A stretch of 34,008 nt of DNA from a virus (lineage: Duplodnaviria; Caudoviricetes). How positions within the stretch are numbered: position 1 is the stretch's first letter; each line of letters starts with the position of its first letter. The notes under the pieces are model-generated. The model ran no database searches, was not told where the DNA came from, and was given only the letters and a program-made list of their open reading frames with translations. The translations under genes were made by a program, and so were the position numbers. This document shows positions 27,096-34,008 of the stretch, one piece after another. Location of the stretch: positions 1 through 34,008 of IMG/VR virus record IMGVR_UViG_3300027759_004598. One strand, written 5' to 3'.

Positions 27096-27233
27096 TCACT
27101 TACCACTTTCTTCTACCTTTTTTTCTATTTTGGGAGGGGATTGGGGTAGGTAGGGATCAATGACATAGTAATTGGCGCCCCACCATCCAATGGCTGACAA
27201 AAAGCCAATACCAATATAGGCGAACGCGATCAT
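27096..27233 (-). CDS. Small membrane protein (45 aa)
   Basis: MIAFAYIGIGFLSAIGWWGANYYVIDPYLP...; ATGA coupling. Confidence 0.55.
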   Translation of the reverse strand: MIAFAYIGIGFLSAIGWWGANYYVIDPYLPQSPPKIEKKVEESGK

Positions 27234-27445
27234 AGTCCAAAGTGTTTCTGAATGGCGTGAGAACATAATACGCGCTGATACTTGGCCGCCGATGAAGGTC
27301 CTTCGTCACTGAACTTCAGATTCTCACAAATATCCATACACTTCATAATGACTAATTTAATAAGTTCCATACCCTCATCTTTTATAGAGCCGGTTACAAT
27401 ATCCTCGGCCTGCTCTATAAGTTCTGCAATAACTTCTTCTTTCAT
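27230..27445 (-). CDS. Hypothetical protein, divergent MNERI-type paralogue
   Basis: Start MKEEVIAELIEQA; KLVIMKCMDIC; ends IQKHFGL. Confidence 0.65.
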   Translation of the reverse strand: MKEEVIAELIEQAEDIVTGSIKDEGMELIKLVIMKCMDICENLKFSDEGPSSAAKYQRVLCSHAIQKHFGL

Positions 27446-27597
27446 TATATCCTCCAAATAACCCAATCAATAAATTTATCAATCCATTCTTGAATAACAC
27501 CCAGAATTCCTGAGAGTAGGATGAGTGGTAAGAAGAAGGATGCCACCAACATGAACCATACCAGAGTCTTAATTGTGAACCAGAAACTATTCTTCAT
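27445..27597 (-). CDS. Small membrane protein (50 aa)
   Basis: MKNSFWFTIKTLVWFMLVASFFLPLILLSGILGVIQEWIDKFIDWVIWRI. Confidence 0.5.
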   Translation of the reverse strand: MKNSFWFTIKTLVWFMLVASFFLPLILLSGILGVIQEWIDKFIDWVIWRI

Positions 27598-27599
27598 AG

Positions 27600-28025
27600 T
27601 TAGTACCAGGTGCGATGGGCTTCGGCAATATGTTCGTTGCCATCGTACTCTTCAATAACGTATTCAACATCATCTGGAATATCAACAATAGCAAGCTCAG
27701 CATGTCCCCCATTAGCTTTATCTCCCAGTTCTTCCACTACCTGAACCAAAGCTGGATCATGGCGTTCGATATCTCGCTCGTAGACAGTTTGTTCGGAATG
27801 TGCTTTATTGTAAGTAATACGATCTTCCATGGACATTGCATAGAACGCTTTACCTTCTTTAGATTCAATACGGTCCTCTGGCTTAACTAACCAGTAAGTC
27901 CAGAACTTCCAATTATCATTACTTTGTTCTGGGTATACGGTGATGCCTTTGATCTCAAAGTACCGCATGCATGCATCGTGGCTCAAGCCAAAGCCGCCAA
28001 AGCAACGATTGATTACCACTTTCAT
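27600..28025 (-). CDS. Conserved phage hypothetical protein
   Basis: KVVINRCFGGFGLS...RHDPALVQVVEELG...IEEYDG.E..AE.HRTW. Confidence 0.8.
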   Translation of the reverse strand: MKVVINRCFGGFGLSHDACMRYFEIKGITVYPEQSNDNWKFWTYWLVKPEDRIESKEGKAFYAMSMEDRITYNKAHSEQTVYERDIERHDPALVQVVEELGDKANGGHAELAIVDIPDDVEYVIEEYDGNEHIAEAHRTWY

Positions 28026-28026
28026 A

Positions 28027-28191
28027 TTAATCCTTTTTGAATTTAAAGGTATTGTATAATTTATCCCAAATTAAGTCCACCCATTTAGGGGTGGAGCCGT
28101 AGGTGCCGAACCATCTGAACATGACAGTAGCTATCGTTCCCACAATGAGTTGGAAGAGAATGAGGCCTACAATTATCCAGAATATCGTCAT
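28027..28191 (-). CDS. Small single-TM protein (54 aa)
   Basis: MTIFWIIVGLILFQLIVGTIATVMFRWF...; GAGGAG RBS. Confidence 0.6.
   Translation of the reverse strand: MTIFWIIVGLILFQLIVGTIATVMFRWFGTYGSTPKWVDLIWDKLYNTFKFKKD
28051..28079 (-). promoter_or_regulatory. Possible internal sigma70-type promoter
   Basis: TGGACT-N17-TACAAT upstream of 28025. Confidence 0.45.
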
Positions 28192-28209
28192 ATTTAAGCT
28201 CCTCAATGA

Positions 28210-28238
28210 ATTATATAATGTATGAATAAAAAAATCAA
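28210..28238 (-). promoter_or_regulatory. sigma70-type early promoter
   Basis: TTGATT-N17-TATAAT. Confidence 0.75.
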
Positions 28239-28241
28239 CTC

Positions 28242-28272
28242 CTAAATAATAGGAATAGGGCTCACCTAAATA
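28242..28272 (+). promoter_or_regulatory. Two late-promoter-like CTAAATA boxes for the + strand island
   Basis: CTAAATA at 28242-28248 and 28266-28272. Confidence 0.55.
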
Positions 28273-28297
28273 TAGTAAAACTAACGAGGGACTTTAA

Positions 28298-28636
28298 ATG
28301 GCCGCCGATAACACAATCGATATTGTTATTAACCAGAAAGCAAGTTTTGAAGTGACGTTCAATATAAAGGACGGAGCTTCTGCTTTAAATTTGACTGGAT
28401 ACTCCACATCTGCTAAATTAAAAACTGATTTTAATACCCCAGATACTCAAGCTATCACCTTTACAACTGCAATTGCAAATGCTGCTGCTGGTCAGGTAAC
28501 AATGTCACTTACCCCAGCACAAACTGCTAATCTATCAATTCAAAAATACTTTTACGATCTTTCTATAACTTCAGGAGCAGGATTTAAGACCCGGGTTGCT
28601 GAGGGTGCTGTGAAAGTTAGTGGTGGGGTAAGCTAA
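28298..28636 (+). CDS. Virion structural adaptor-like beta-sandwich protein
   Basis: DIVINQKASF..LNLTGY..GQVTMSLT..YFYDL..RVAEG pattern common in T4-like structural genes. Confidence 0.7.
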   Translation: MAADNTIDIVINQKASFEVTFNIKDGASALNLTGYSTSAKLKTDFNTPDTQAITFTTAIANAAAGQVTMSLTPAQTANLSIQKYFYDLSITSGAGFKTRVAEGAVKVSGGVS

Positions 28637-30393
28637 TGGCAACAATTACAACAACTCTTGTATCTGGACAGAACGCATATGTAGGGGCTGTATCAAGTCG
28701 CGACGTATATACTGTATCAGCAAGCAGTGGAGTGCAAGGACCAGCAGGGGCTAACGGAGCAACTGGTAATACTGGTGCAAATGGTGTTACTGGTAATACT
28801 GGTGTCAGTGTAACAGCAGCAAACGTTGCATCTGGTAATTTAATAATAACTCTTTCCAACACATCAACAATAGATGCAGGTTCTGTAGCTACCAACGTTG
28901 CTGCTCCATACTCATGGACAAACACTCATACATTCTCTAACACAGTTACTATTAATGGTGATCTTACTGTTAACAACTACGTAATAGCAGCAAATGGTGC
29001 AACATCAGCATATGCAACAAAATACCTTGTAGAGTATAATCCAACTACAAAAGATCTCACATACTCCAGCAGACCAGACGCATCTAGACCATACATTACT
29101 GGTTACGGTTCAGAAATTCATGTTAGTCCTGTTGCATTTGATGATCTAGGTAATGGTACTATTGGAGATCCAGTAAAGACAATCGCTCAAGCGCAAGTAT
29201 TAGCTGCACTTGCTTTTGAGACAACCGGTATTGGTGAAAGAAAAACAATTGTTCTACATCCTGGTAACTATGTGGAAAATGTAACGGTCAACACACAGTT
29301 TACTGTTTTAACTACCCATGAATTGGTAGGTAAAAACACAACGCTCAGTGGTACTTTGACTATTAACAAAGGATGTACTATTGATGGTCTAAAGATGACC
29401 AATCTTGTAATTGCTGCAAACTCATCAGTCGGGACGGTTGATTTGATTGGTTGTACAGTATCTACAGCAACAACCAAAACTTCAAACGCATATACAGTTT
29501 TCAGAGGTTGTGATTTATCTTCATCTACATTAGGTATTACCGGTGGTGGCACAGTTTTAATGGTTGGTGGTAATTATTTTACTGTTACGGTAAATAATGC
29601 TTCAGCAGCGGTACTGGCCAAAGCGGTTATTTCTATGGGTCCAACAACCCTGACATCAGGAACAATGCAGATTTCTGATACACTTGTTTATGCTGCAAGC
29701 AATACAGCTAGTGCTATAACCCAAAGTGCTGGATCAGTACTAACATTAAACAATAGTCAGACACTAATACCAGATCTTACTAATGTAGCAAGAAATACTT
29801 TTGGTGGATTTTATTCTATCCTACATTCTGTTTTTGATAAAATAAACTCTACATTTAGTGGCACGTCATTAAGCGCTATTGATTATAGTCAGCACGTCAA
29901 TGTGGATAAGTTGATCGCAGGTAATACTACAGTTAACGTTGCTATTACATCAACAGCAATTAGTGGTAATGCTACTGGTACTTTTGGTAATACAACAATT
30001 AATGGTACATTAACAGCCACCGGTAATATAGCTGGTAATACAGCCGGCTTTGCAATTGGTTATAGAGACGTGCCACAGAACTTTACTAACACATCATTCA
30101 CAATAGCATTGACTGATGCTGGTAAACATATTCTTACTCAGAACACTGGTTCATCTACTCAAACAATAACCATTGCTAATAACACATCTGTTGCTTTTCA
30201 AACAGGAGCTGCTATAACAATCGTGGTTCAATCAACAGGCACAGTAGCAGTGGCAAACGGTGCAGGCGTGACGATGTATCTTGCTGGTAACAGTACTGCT
30301 AAGTCTACAGTGACTCTCAATTCATATAGTATGGCAACTCTATTAAAGATCGGTACAGATACTTGGATGGTTAGCGGTACTGGAGCTACTTAA
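28636..30393 (+). CDS. Tail-fibre/decoration protein with short collagen run and beta-helix-like body
   Basis: G-X-Y run; HVSP..D..GNG....PVKTI..A...LHPGNYVENVT beta-helix entry; C-terminal IGYRDVPQN..LTDAGK..TDTWMVSG module. Confidence 0.75.
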   Translation: MATITTTLVSGQNAYVGAVSSRDVYTVSASSGVQGPAGANGATGNTGANGVTGNTGVSVTAANVASGNLIITLSNTSTIDAGSVATNVAAPYSWTNTHTFSNTVTINGDLTVNNYVIAANGATSAYATKYLVEYNPTTKDLTYSSRPDASRPYITGYGSEIHVSPVAFDDLGNGTIGDPVKTIAQAQVLAALAFETTGIGERKTIVLHPGNYVENVTVNTQFTVLTTHELVGKNTTLSGTLTINKGCTIDGLKMTNLVIAANSSVGTVDLIGCTVSTATTKTSNAYTVFRGCDLSSSTLGITGGGTVLMVGGNYFTVTVNNASAAVLAKAVISMGPTTLTSGTMQISDTLVYAASNTASAITQSAGSVLTLNNSQTLIPDLTNVARNTFGGFYSILHSVFDKINSTFSGTSLSAIDYSQHVNVDKLIAGNTTVNVAITSTAISGNATGTFGNTTINGTLTATGNIAGNTAGFAIGYRDVPQNFTNTSFTIALTDAGKHILTQNTGSSTQTITIANNTSVAFQTGAAITIVVQSTGTVAVANGAGVTMYLAGNSTAKSTVTLNSYSMATLLKIGTDTWMVSGTGAT

Positions 30394-31127
30394 TGGGTGG
30401 TATTATACAAACGTTGAGAGGTAGCTATAGCGCTACAGCTGGTGACTCATCAGGAATCGTAACTTCAGGTCTGCAATTCAATTTACAAACTGCACCAATA
30501 TCTGGAACTACGTGGACTGATTCTAGTGGTAACGGAAGAAACGCAACGCTACAAGGTTCTCCATCATATGTGTTTAATCGCAGTGGTGGCATAAGACTAA
30601 ACAATCAGGATGCAAATAGTACGGATTATATTAGTGTCCCTTACAACATTGCTTCAAGCACTGTAACAGTTGAAATGGTTGCATCGTTTAATCCAGATTC
30701 ATTTTGGGGAGTTATTTGGGGTAATGAAATTTATAATGATAGCGGAGGATACCTAGCATATATGAGTTCTTCAACAGAGCTAAGTTATGGTATCCCTAAT
30801 AGTGAAACCATAGTAACCATAACCCAAAGTAATGCAATAAGACATTGGATTTTTGTTATCAATGGCACACAAGTTAGTCTATTTTTAAATGGTTCACAAG
30901 TTGGAACAACTGATACTATTAATAATCAAACACTCTTTGCAACAAATGGGTTTCAATTTGGGTCAAGGTTTGCAGCAAATGACGGTACAGGTTCAGGGGA
31001 TACAATGAACAACTCAAATTCTGCACAATATCCAGTATTCTATCAAATGCGGGCGTATAACAGAGCGTTGTCTGGTGCTGAGATAACTCAGAATTACAAT
31101 GCAGTTAAAGGCACGTACGCAATTTAA
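30393..31127 (+). CDS. LamG/concanavalin A-like lectin domain protein
   Basis: IVTSGL, WTDSSGNGRNATL, LFLNG, RAYNRALS..EI.QNYNA. Confidence 0.8.
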   Translation: MGGIIQTLRGSYSATAGDSSGIVTSGLQFNLQTAPISGTTWTDSSGNGRNATLQGSPSYVFNRSGGIRLNNQDANSTDYISVPYNIASSTVTVEMVASFNPDSFWGVIWGNEIYNDSGGYLAYMSSSTELSYGIPNSETIVTITQSNAIRHWIFVINGTQVSLFLNGSQVGTTDTINNQTLFATNGFQFGSRFAANDGTGSGDTMNNSNSAQYPVFYQMRAYNRALSGAEITQNYNAVKGTYAI

Positions 31128-31136
31128 TTTTGGATA

Positions 31137-31355
31137 CTAAGACATCCATTCTGGTTTAGGCACTTCGACTCCCCAATGTATCACACACCAATCCTCAATA
31201 CACCGTTTTTCATCTAGATCGGGTGCGGCTACGTTTTGTACCATCATACCACACCAATAGGGGTAGTAGGATTTAAGGATCTGGCTTTCAGACCACACCT
31301 CCACCACATGCTGGTCATATTCCCCAGGAAACGATATCTCATAATACTTCATCAA
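31137..31355 (-). CDS. Hypothetical protein
   Basis: SESQILKSYYPYWC...CIEDWCVIHW. Confidence 0.7.
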   Translation of the reverse strand: MMKYYEISFPGEYDQHVVEVWSESQILKSYYPYWCGMMVQNVAAPDLDEKRCIEDWCVIHWGVEVPKPEWMS

Positions 31356-31732
31356 GAAAACTCCGTTACGGTGAATGAATACCCATCCTCATCATCCCAA
31401 TCGTAGTCTGGTCTGAAGTACGGGCGAGAGCCTATTTTACCTTGTTCGTTATGTGTCATGTTCTTATGGCCATCTGGGCGTACATATCCTGGTGACTTAT
31501 ACGTCTCCACCATTGCACAGAAGTCTTCATATGAGATCTTATCCCCATACTCATCGGATATCTCTTGATCTTTCAGAAACTCTCTCCATTGTTTCCATGA
31601 GTCGAGTTTAATCCATGGATAGCCTTGGAAGGTGAAAGCCCATCCATGGGAGGATTTGCCGATATGGTATTCTTCATCATACCGTTTACAGCATTCACAT
31701 TTGTTCTTGGTTACGTAGTAGTTAGTGCCCAT
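31352..31732 (-). CDS. Conserved phage hypothetical protein
   Basis: MGTNYY..CECC..HIGKSSHGWAF..DEYG..DEDGYSF..EFS. Confidence 0.75.
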   Translation of the reverse strand: MGTNYYVTKNKCECCKRYDEEYHIGKSSHGWAFTFQGYPWIKLDSWKQWREFLKDQEISDEYGDKISYEDFCAMVETYKSPGYVRPDGHKNMTHNEQGKIGSRPYFRPDYDWDDEDGYSFTVTEFS

Positions 31733-31750
31733 TACGGTTTGGCTCCCAGT

Positions 31751-31816
31751 TTATTTGCGGCCATCCACTTGAGTGTATCCAGCCTGTTCAGCAAGTTTTT
31801 GAATTCGTTCGTTCAT
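31751..31816 (-). pseudogene. Truncated MNERI-type ORF (21 aa)
   Basis: MNERIQKLAEQAGYTQVDGRK*; same start as the adjacent gene. Confidence 0.5.
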
Positions 31817-31819
31817 TCT

Positions 31820-32047
31820 TCAACTCCGAAATGTTTCTTCAATCTCACGCATACAACTCCACACCACTTGTTGTTGTGTAGGTGGGGTAGGATGTTCAAT
31901 CTCACACGCCACCCTGCAGGCTTCCAAGCACTCACGCACAATCAACTCGGCGAACTTAGCTTTATCAAAGGTTTCAAATCCGCCAGTGCAGTCAGAAAAC
32001 TCCTGCACAGTGCATTGTTCAATCAGTTTTTCAATTCGTTCGTTCAT
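31820..32047 (-). CDS. MNERI-type small protein
   Basis: MNERIEKLIEQC...KFAELIVREC; start trimmed to ATG 32047. Confidence 0.7.
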   Translation of the reverse strand: MNERIEKLIEQCTVQEFSDCTGGFETFDKAKFAELIVRECLEACRVACEIEHPTPPTQQQVVWSCMREIEETFRS

Positions 32048-32400
32048 GCTAATTCTATAGCCCGGAGTAGTTCTGGTTGAATATATCCATCTCGTGCAAA
32101 GCACACCCATTGCTCAGTCGTACGATCATACAGATACAGATAATCATATTCGCGAATGGCCTCAATGGGGGTGGAGGAAACTTCATGATCATCAATTTGA
32201 CCGTCACCATACCGTACACAAGTGCCGTCATGATCAAAGTTACGGATAACGGGGCCGTAGATCAATGCTTTAGCCTTTTCTTCAGACCTATGAAAAGCCT
32301 GTAAGATCTTACCTACGTGGGATGGGTACCCATCAAAGTGTGAATAGATGGTATGGATCTCATCCCCTACGCGAAAACCAATTGCTGCTCTTGTACTCAT
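32044..32400 (-). CDS. Conserved phage hypothetical protein
   Basis: MSTRAAIG..IYSHFDGYPSHVGKIL..EYDYLY. Confidence 0.75.
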   Translation of the reverse strand: MSTRAAIGFRVGDEIHTIYSHFDGYPSHVGKILQAFHRSEEKAKALIYGPVIRNFDHDGTCVRYGDGQIDDHEVSSTPIEAIREYDYLYLYDRTTEQWVCFARDGYIQPELLRAIELA

Positions 32401-32413
32401 ATACCTCTACTCC

Positions 32414-32731
32414 TTATGAACCCATGGATACTTGAAACTTACCATTACGGCGATAGAACCGTTCAATGAACTGGCCCCAATATCCATCCTTCTCCACCAC
32501 CTCACCAATGGCCTTTTTGGCTTGTTCAATATTGAACTTACCATCCTTGATTTCCACGGTGGTGGAAAACTTACCGTAGTGCACTTCATGTAATCCATCA
32601 TGCATTACTTTAACCCTGTTCTCAGGGGATGCATCGATGTCCATATCGAAGAAGATAGCACAATCGTTTTCTTGCCACGTCTCGTACTCACCTGAGGTAT
32701 CTTTGTAGATAGACCAAACTATTTTATTCAT
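32414..32731 (-). CDS. Hypothetical protein
   Basis: Start MNKIVWSI with TAAGGAG RBS. Confidence 0.7.
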   Translation of the reverse strand: MNKIVWSIYKDTSGEYETWQENDCAIFFDMDIDASPENRVKVMHDGLHEVHYGKFSTTVEIKDGKFNIEQAKKAIGEVVEKDGYWGQFIERFYRRNGKFQVSMGS

Positions 32732-32741
32732 ACTGTTCTCC

Positions 32742-32954
32742 TTAATAACTCTGGTGGGAATGACCAACACGATACACCACGGTACCTTCTGGCAATTCGC
32801 CGTCATCGGACTCGATGGTGTAAGCCTCTGGCAAACTTACGCGTGCCAACTCACTGTACGAGTAATAACCACTCTGGGTTATAACCAAACGTGCGTCCGA
32901 AGGCAATGCGGACAATGCCTCTATCATCTCTCTAACCGTTACAAATGCTTCCAT
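32742..32954 (-). CDS. Hypothetical protein
   Basis: Start MEAFVTVREMIEALSALP with TAAGGAG RBS. Confidence 0.7.
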   Translation of the reverse strand: MEAFVTVREMIEALSALPSDARLVITQSGYYSYSELARVSLPEAYTIESDDGELPEGTVVYRVGHSHQSY

Positions 32955-32981
32955 ACTGTTCTCCTTATTCATCATACCATG

Positions 32982-33010
32982 ATTATAGCGGTATTTCGTA
33001 ATTAACACAA
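32982..33010 (-). promoter_or_regulatory. sigma70-type early promoter
   Basis: TTGTGT-N17-TATAAT. Confidence 0.6.
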
Positions 33011-33030
33011 GTACAGTATAATAGTTACTT

Positions 33031-33243
33031 TTAGGAGTACGGGGGATTCATGTGATTGGCAAGGTACTGATACACCTTATCCGGACCACCGGGTTCAGAC
33101 CAGACTTGACCGGGGGTTCTGAGAGCCCAATTGGCGTTGGGAGAATCCCACCACGTCTTAACCAAGTCATGACGTCCAAGCATTTGGTAGAGCATGAGGT
33201 CACATTTGCGAAGCATGGGTTCGACGTTCAAGCACTCACTCAT
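33031..33243 (-). CDS. Small protein resembling the Xre/MbcA/ParS antitoxin C-terminal domain
   Basis: MLG...VKTWWDSPNANWALRTP......VYQYL. Confidence 0.5.
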   Translation of the reverse strand: MSECLNVEPMLRKCDLMLYQMLGRHDLVKTWWDSPNANWALRTPGQVWSEPGGPDKVYQYLANHMNPPYS

Positions 33244-33521
33244 GGCTGCTCCGTACGGGGGATACGAACGATGAAAGAACCTGAACGATATGAAAAGTGG
33301 CCTTCAGGCAACTTGATATCGAAGTCTCTGACCCCGGCTTTCTCCAATTGCTCATACACCTCGTCATACAGGTCGGAGATGTTCATACCATTCAAACGAT
33401 AACATTTCACCGTACGGCACTTATCATAGCTATTGGTATACATCATGTATCCTGGTACACCAAATTTACGCATAATCGAACGTACCAATACGGTGGGGCG
33501 AATGTACTCTTTAATTTCCAT
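33240..33521 (-). CDS. Hypothetical protein
   Basis: 93 aa, AGGAG RBS. Confidence 0.7.
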   Translation of the reverse strand: MEIKEYIRPTVLVRSIMRKFGVPGYMMYTNSYDKCRTVKCYRLNGMNISDLYDEVYEQLEKAGVRDFDIKLPEGHFSYRSGSFIVRIPRTEQP

Positions 33522-33524
33522 GGT

Positions 33525-33734
33525 TTACTCCTGTGTTTCCAACATACCTTCAAACTGTTCGTACATAGCAATATACTCCTTACACTGGGTGTAGAGGGTC
33601 TGATATGCACGCTTCTCATACTCATTCAGATCCAACCTTTCGGTATCGTACTGAATGGCATCTTCCATCTTGTTGAGAACTTGGTTCATCTCAGATGAAG
33701 TATTCTCAAACATGCAGTATGACATTGATGGCAT
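33525..33734 (-). CDS. Hypothetical protein
   Basis: MPSMSYCMFENT; AAGGAG RBS. Confidence 0.7.
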   Translation of the reverse strand: MPSMSYCMFENTSSEMNQVLNKMEDAIQYDTERLDLNEYEKRAYQTLYTQCKEYIAMYEQFEGMLETQE

Positions 33735-33737
33735 AGA

Positions 33738-33872
33738 TTACTCCTTATCGGCTAAAGACTTGATATGGGTTTGAGTTTCAGCGATGGCCTTATCGGCCAC
33801 CCTGGCCAGGCCGGACAACCCTACGGTTGCCACAACCAGGCCGACGAGGATTCCGATGAAGAACTTCATCAT
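33738..33872 (-). CDS. Small single-TM protein (44 aa)
   Basis: MMKFFIGILVGLVVATVGLSGLARVADKAIAETQTHIKSLADKE. Confidence 0.65.
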   Translation of the reverse strand: MMKFFIGILVGLVVATVGLSGLARVADKAIAETQTHIKSLADKE

Positions 33873-34008
33873 TGTACCTTCAGGATAGCTTTTGCTTTGT
33901 TGAAATAGATCGTAGCGTTGTTCTTAGACACCACCAGATTATCCATGATCGAGCGCAAGCACTCCAGACGGGTTTCCTTGGTATAGCCGTTCACAACAAA
34001 GGGCTTGG
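33869..34008 (-). CDS. Hypothetical protein (partial, 3' end)
   Basis: ...KPFVVNGYTKETRLECLRSIMDNLVVSKNNATIYFNKAKAILKVQ*; ATGA coupling. Confidence 0.5.
   Translation of the reverse strand, partial: KPFVVNGYTKETRLECLRSIMDNLVVSKNNATIYFNKAKAILKVQ

Noticed and set aside
28298-31127. Diversity-generating retroelement or invertible fibre switch
   Set aside because: No reverse transcriptase, TR/VR repeat pair, invertase or flanking inverted repeats seen
28617-33698. ORFs 28617..28925, 29268..29552, 31625..32080, 33052..33402, 33297..33698 and similar
   Set aside because: Opposite-strand or alternate-frame shadows of better genes
1-34008. Stop-codon reassignment
   Set aside because: Conserved genes are full length in the standard code; TAA, TAG (nrdA) and TGA all end genes at expected positions
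1-34008. tRNA genes or CRISPR array
   Set aside because: Intergenic gaps are short and explained by promoters, terminators or small ORFs; no cloverleaf or repeat-spacer pattern seen by eye

Overview
Fragment of a large T4-like (myovirus) phage genome, almost all on the minus strand. Spanin and lipoprotein genes and sigma70-type promoters point to a Gram-negative host. From left to right: a sugar-modification block (GT4 glycosyltransferase, GalE, TagD-like cytidylyltransferase); nucleotide and replication genes (RuvC-like nuclease, dCMP deaminase, nrdB, a 2OG-Fe(II) hydroxylase, nrdA, thyX, gp61 primase); a lysis/membrane block (holin-like protein, lipoprotein, embedded Rz/Rz1 spanins); and virion genes. 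Next is a ~14.7-22.9 kb late block of probable head-packaged proteins carrying T4-style capsid-targeting and (I/L/V)xE processing motifs. This block holds a 727-aa modular 'polyprotein', Dps, a HIGH-type nucleotidyltransferase, a KxDG ligase-like protein and a PD-(D/E)XK-like nuclease, with a metallophosphoesterase just upstream. The rest is arrays of small early ORFs, interrupted by an inverted three-gene fibre/lectin island. The best candidate for an undescribed system is the packaged enzyme/polyprotein cargo block; an unannotated ArfA-like ORF and two structured leaders are also notable. All calls come from motif recognition by eye; no searches were run.
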